Positions 35,503-38,997 of a DNA stretch of 38,997 bases are shown here, one piece after another (position 1 is the first letter of the stretch; each line of letters opens with the position of its first letter). The notes beneath the pieces were generated by a model, which had not been told where the DNA came from, ran no database searches, and saw only the letters and a list, made by a program, of their open reading frames with translations. The stretch covers positions 1 to 38,997 of the forward strand of contig CAXTLO010000001.1 in assembly GCA_964244965.1 (NCBI GenBank). The letters are read 5' to 3'. The position numbers and the translations under genes were made by a program. Source of the stretch: an uncultured Marisediminicola sp. (GTDB lineage Bacteria; Actinomycetota; Actinomycetes; Actinomycetales; Microbacteriaceae).

Positions 35503-36402
35503 ATGGCAATCGTGCTCGGGCCCAATCAATACGGCAAAGCGGAATCGCGTGTCGTCCGCTTCGTGCGAGACACCGCACGACACGAGATCCGCGACCTGAA
35601 CGTGTCGACGAGTCTGCGCGGCAGCTTCACCGAAGCTCACCTCTACGGCGACCAGTCGCAGGTGCTCCCCACGGACACGCAGAAGAACACCGCGTACGCG
35701 TATGCCAAATCGGTCGGGGTGGCCTCGATCGAGCAGTACGCGCTCGCGCTGGCCCACCACTTCGTCCGCGATGTCGAGCCGGTGACCGGCGCGCGCGTCG
35801 AGGTCGAGGAGTACCTCTGGGATCGGGCGATCATCGACGGGGTCGAGCACGATCACACGTGGCTGCGCCGCGGACAGGAGGAGCGCACCGTCGCCGTCAC
35901 GGTCGACGAGTTGGGGGTACGAGTGGTCGGCGGGCTCAGCGGACTCGTGCTGCTGAAGTCGACCGCATCCGAGTTCCACGGGTTCCTGACCGACGAGTAC
36001 ACGACCCTCGCCGAGACGGACGATCGGGTGCTCGCGACCTCCCTCACCGCACGGTGGAGGTTCGCCGACGAATCCGAGGGGCGCGATTGGGATGCCGTCT
36101 ACGCCGACGTGAAACGCACCATCATCCACCGGTTCGCGACAGTGCGTTCGCTCGCACTGCAGCAGACGCTCTGGCACATGGGCGAGGCCGTGCTCAACGA
36201 TCACCCCGAGATAGCCGAGATCCGCTTCTCGGCGCCGAACAAGCACCACTTCCTGGTCGATCTCGCCCCGTTCGGACTGGAGAATCCGGGCGAGGTCTTC
36301 GTCGCGGCCGACCGCCCCTACGGTCTGATCCAGGCGACCGTAACCCGCGACGACGCTCCCGATGCAGGCAACGCCTGGTCGACCGGATCGGGTCGAGCGT
36401 GA
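35503..36402 (+). CDS. pucL: Factor-independent urate hydroxylase (uricase)
   Basis: NQYGKAE, LPTDTQKNT, LLKST.SEF.GF..DEYTTL, SLALQQTL, PNKHH, DRPYGLI. Confidence 0.96.
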   Translation: MAIVLGPNQYGKAESRVVRFVRDTARHEIRDLNVSTSLRGSFTEAHLYGDQSQVLPTDTQKNTAYAYAKSVGVASIEQYALALAHHFVRDVEPVTGARVEVEEYLWDRAIIDGVEHDHTWLRRGQEERTVAVTVDELGVRVVGGLSGLVLLKSTASEFHGFLTDEYTTLAETDDRVLATSLTARWRFADESEGRDWDAVYADVKRTIIHRFATVRSLALQQTLWHMGEAVLNDHPEIAEIRFSAPNKHHFLVDLAPFGLENPGEVFVAADRPYGLIQATVTRDDAPDAGNAWSTGSGRA

Positions 36403-36887
36403 CCGGCGACTCATCGATCTCCGACGACGAGCGCTGGCTCTCGCACGCCGTCGACCTCGCGGTAGCGAATGTCGCGGAAGGGGGCGGGCCGTTCGGTGCC
36501 GTCATCGTGCGGGATGCCGCGCCGCTCTCCATCGGACAGAACCGGGTGACGCGGGACCTCGACCCGACCGCCCATGCCGAGGTCGTCGCGATCCGGGCGG
36601 CGTGCGCGGCGGTCGGCGACTTCTCCCTCACTGGGGCCACGCTGTACACGTCGTGCGAGCCATGCCCGCTCTGCGTCTCGGCCGCGCTATGGGCGCGCCT
36701 CGATCGCGTCGTGTTCGCCGCCGACCGCTTCGACGCGGCGCGTGGCGGGTTCGACGACCTCGCGTTCTACGAGCTTCTCGCTCAGGATCGGGCGACCTGG
36801 CCCACCCCCATCCAGTCGTTGCGGCTTCCGGGAGCGGAGGCTCCGTTCGAGGCCTGGCTGACCGCCGACCGCCGCACCGAGTACTGA
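36399..36887 (+). CDS. guaD: Guanine deaminase, cytidine-deaminase fold (GuaD-type)
   Basis: GGPFGAVIV, DPTAHAEV, LYTSCEPCPLC, GFDDLAFY; GTGA-coupled to uricase. Confidence 0.88.
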   Translation: MTGDSSISDDERWLSHAVDLAVANVAEGGGPFGAVIVRDAAPLSIGQNRVTRDLDPTAHAEVVAIRAACAAVGDFSLTGATLYTSCEPCPLCVSAALWARLDRVVFAADRFDAARGGFDDLAFYELLAQDRATWPTPIQSLRLPGAEAPFEAWLTADRRTEY

Positions 36888-36898
36888 GCACCGGCCGG

Positions 36899-37231
36899 TC
36901 AGGACCCCCGGTACGTGGTGTAGCCGAACGGGCTCAGTAGAAGGGGTACGTGATAGTGCTCCGGCCCGGTGATCTCGAAGACGATCGAGACCTCGGGGAA
37001 GAACGCGCGCTCGCCGCGCTGCGCCTCGTAACCTCCGGTGTCGAAGACGATGCGGTAACGCCCCGCGTCGAGCGCCTCCTCACCGATCGACCCGACTCGA
37101 CCGTCGGAGTCGGTCGTGGCGTCCGCGATCGTCCTCCAGGTGCCGTCGGCGTGCTGCTCGAGTACCACCGTCACCCCCTCCGCAGGCAGGCCCCGGGCGG
37201 TGTCGAGGACGTGCGTGCTGACCTGACTCAC
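36899..37231 (-). CDS. uraH: 5-hydroxyisourate hydrolase
   Basis: STHVLD..RGLPA, DGR, FFPEV, HYHVPLLLSPFGYTTYRGS. Confidence 0.96.
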   Translation of the reverse strand: MSQVSTHVLDTARGLPAEGVTVVLEQHADGTWRTIADATTDSDGRVGSIGEEALDAGRYRIVFDTGGYEAQRGERAFFPEVSIVFEITGPEHYHVPLLLSPFGYTTYRGS

Positions 37232-37719
37232 TCCGGATCCGACCGCAGGAGGCCGTCGAGTCGGAGGATCGCGATCTCGCGCAGCTGCTCGCCGACGATG
37301 GCGAACTCCGTCTCGTCGTCGAGGCTGATACGGCGGTTGAGCTCGGAGAGGATCTCGGCACGGGTGCGACCTGCGGCGCGGATCAGGAACACCCGATCGA
37401 AGCGGTGCTCGTAGGTCCGGTTGCCCTCGGCGATCGCATCCGCGAGAGCCGCGTCGTCAGCATCCGCCGATGCCTGCTCGGCTCGCGACAGCTCTTGGGA
37501 TCGACCCTCCCCGACGGGCCGTTCACCGATCCTCGGGTGGTGCGCGAGCGCCTGGTCGATCTCACCCTGGCTGAGCGGTGTCGCGCTACGGGCGGCCTGG
37601 GCGAGGAGGTCGGCGAGTTCGGCGTACGGCGCACCTGCCGCGACCTCGTCTACCCAGCGCGGGACTGCGAGCGCCGCGAACAGTACCTCGCGCAACTCGG
37701 TCTCGGTGATCTCGCGCAT
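37228..37719 (-). CDS. uraD: OHCU decarboxylase
   Basis: ALAHHPRIG, SRAEQ, NRTYEHRFDRVFLIRAAGR, QLREIA..RL. Confidence 0.93.
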   Translation of the reverse strand: MREITETELREVLFAALAVPRWVDEVAAGAPYAELADLLAQAARSATPLSQGEIDQALAHHPRIGERPVGEGRSQELSRAEQASADADDAALADAIAEGNRTYEHRFDRVFLIRAAGRTRAEILSELNRRISLDDETEFAIVGEQLREIAILRLDGLLRSDPE

Positions 37720-37751
37720 GATGCTCCGTCCTGGTCGCTATAACTGTAACG
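37720..37751. promoter_or_regulatory. Compact divergent promoter region for uraD and mocA
   Basis: 32-bp gap with AT-rich TATAACTGTAA: TACAGT on the minus strand (37743-37748) and TATAAC on the plus strand 7 nt before ATG 37752. Confidence 0.5.
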
Positions 37752-38330
37752 ATGACCTCGCCGCCGTTCGCCGCTACCGCCGCCCTCGTGCTCGCTGCCG
37801 GAGCCGGCACGCGGATGGGGGTACCGAAGGTCCTGGTGCCCGGATGGCTGGCGCACTCCGTGTCTGCTCTTCGTGCTGCAGCGTGCGATCCGGTCGTCGT
37901 CGTGCTCGGCGCCGCCGCCGAGGAGGCGCGGAACCTCGTTCCGCCGGGCGTTCGGGTGGTCGTGGCCGAGAACTGGGAGCAGGGCATGGCAGCATCGCTA
38001 CGGGCCGGGCTGGGCGCGGTGGCGGACACGGACTCCCCCGCCGTCGTCATCACCCTCGTCGACCTACCGGGATTGCCGGCGGCCGCCGTACAGCGGGTCG
38101 CTACGAGCGGCGGTCGTGCGGGCGGCGGTGTCGCTGGCAGGGCGGCGCTGCGTCGCGCGACGTATGACGGGGAACCGGGGCATCCGGTGCTCGTCGGACG
38201 CGACCACTGGGCGCCGATGCTCGACACCCTCGACGGGGACTCCGGGGGCGCGCGCTACCTCGCCTCGGCGCGCGCCGAGCTGATCGAGTGCGGTGACCTG
38301 TGGGCCGGCGCCGACGTCGATCGGCGCTGA
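37752..38330 (+). CDS. Nucleotidyltransferase, MocA-like molybdenum cofactor cytidylyltransferase
   Basis: LAAGAGTRMG.PK, WEQGMAASL..GL, LVDLP, GHPV, GDSGGA, DVD; context includes an XDH-family enzyme. Confidence 0.85.
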   Translation: MTSPPFAATAALVLAAGAGTRMGVPKVLVPGWLAHSVSALRAAACDPVVVVLGAAAEEARNLVPPGVRVVVAENWEQGMAASLRAGLGAVADTDSPAVVITLVDLPGLPAAAVQRVATSGGRAGGGVAGRAALRRATYDGEPGHPVLVGRDHWAPMLDTLDGDSGGARYLASARAELIECGDLWAGADVDRR

Positions 38331-38369
38331 CCGCCCCTGTCGGCGTGTGCTGATGCCAGCGGCAGCGGG

Positions 38370-38786
38370 TCAGCGCGCTATGGCGAGCGCCGTCGCCTCC
38401 CAGGCGAGCATCGCGCATCCGGCTCGTAACGGGAGACGACCGATGCCGGCGAAGGCGGCAGCCTCGCCGAGTGGATGATCCAGGTCGACGTCGCCCGGGG
38501 GCTGCGCGCGCAGCAATCGGCCGAACTCCTCGGTGCGCGCGGCGAACTCGTCGAGGCCGAGGCCCGGCGCGAGCCCCGCGAGAGCTGAGGCGGAGGCCAT
38601 CGACACCGTGCACCCATGACCGCGCCAGCTGAGCGAGTGGATGACCGCACCGTCGTGATCGACGTCGATCGTCACCTCGTCACCGCAGGTGGGGCTCGTG
38701 AGCCTCACCGCGCTGTCGCCGACCGTCCCGAAGCCGGTTCGGCGGCGGTCGAGGTCGACGATCAGTTCGGCGCGCGGGTCTGTCAT
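38370..38786 (-). CDS. SufU/IscU (NifU_N) family sulfur-transfer/Fe-S scaffold protein
   Basis: SPTCGDEV, GHGCTVSMASAS, RAGCAMLAW; ATGA-coupled to the upstream allC-like gene. Confidence 0.88.
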   Translation of the reverse strand: MTDPRAELIVDLDRRRTGFGTVGDSAVRLTSPTCGDEVTIDVDHDGAVIHSLSWRGHGCTVSMASASALAGLAPGLGLDEFAARTEEFGRLLRAQPPGDVDLDHPLGEAAAFAGIGRLPLRAGCAMLAWEATALAIAR

Positions 38787-38997
38787 GCCGCGGAGGATTC
38801 GGCGAGCGCGAGCACGGCGCCCTCGAACGCGTCGAGAGCGGTGGTGACATCGGCCTCGGTCACCGACTCGTCGGGGTGGTGACTGACGCCGCCGGCGCAG
38901 CGGATGAAGAGCATCGCGAAGCCGGTGACATCGACGACCGCCATGCCGTCGTGGCCGGCCCTGCTGTAGAACTCGAGCGGGCTCGGGTCGCCGGTCG
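38783..38997 (-). CDS. allC: Allantoate amidohydrolase (M20 Zn hydrolase), 3' fragment running off the window
   Basis: Manual minus-strand translation: TGDPSPLEFYSRAGHDGMAVVDVTGFAMLFIRCAGGVSHHPDESVTEADVTTALDAFEGAVLALAESSAA*. Contains AGHD and SHxPxE motifs; not in the supplied ORF track. Confidence 0.85.
   Translation of the reverse strand, partial: TGDPSPLEFYSRAGHDGMAVVDVTGFAMLFIRCAGGVSHHPDESVTEADVTTALDAFEGAVLALAESSAA

Noticed and set aside
17198-38997. Purine island as a recent mobile element
   Set aside because: No integrase, transposase, tRNA or flanking direct repeats, and no obvious composition shift by eye.

Overview
High-GC actinobacterial chromosome segment; the gene order and protein types fit Microbacteriaceae (inference). 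1-17.2 kb is mostly core or housekeeping: hemolysin-III/PAQR, DUF4307, greA, ilvA, an AI-2E transporter, a PotA/AfuC-type ABC importer, a YcaQ-like crosslink glycosylase, tctCBA with a CitA/CitB-type two-component system, and lemA-htpX. The htpX copy carries a frameshifting deletion near its 3' end. 17.3-39 kb is an N-heterocycle catabolic island. It holds a recognisable guanine-to-ureidoglycine pathway (guaD, two-subunit xanthine-dehydrogenase-family enzyme with XdhC and MocA, uricase, uraH, uraD, allB, partial allC). Interleaved with it is an unassigned module: an 8-oxoguanine/isoxanthopterin-deaminase-family protein with two canonical metal ligands replaced, a CodA/pterin-deaminase-like enzyme, a NitT/TauT ABC importer, an FAD-linked oxidase, a creatininase-family hydrolase, a PNPOx-like protein, a Nudix hydrolase, a divergent MetV-MetF fusion with a methyltransferase, an orphan PDR/VanB reductase and a lone SufU. 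Four promoters in the island share one architecture, GWMAC-N6-GWMAC-N10-(-10 hexamer), resembling GlnR boxes, which ties the unassigned module to the purine genes. Best hypothesis (inference): a nitrogen-regulated pteridine or modified-purine scavenging route feeding xanthine/urate catabolism. No rRNA, tRNA, CRISPR array or mobile element was recognised. All assignments are by motif recognition; no database searches were run.
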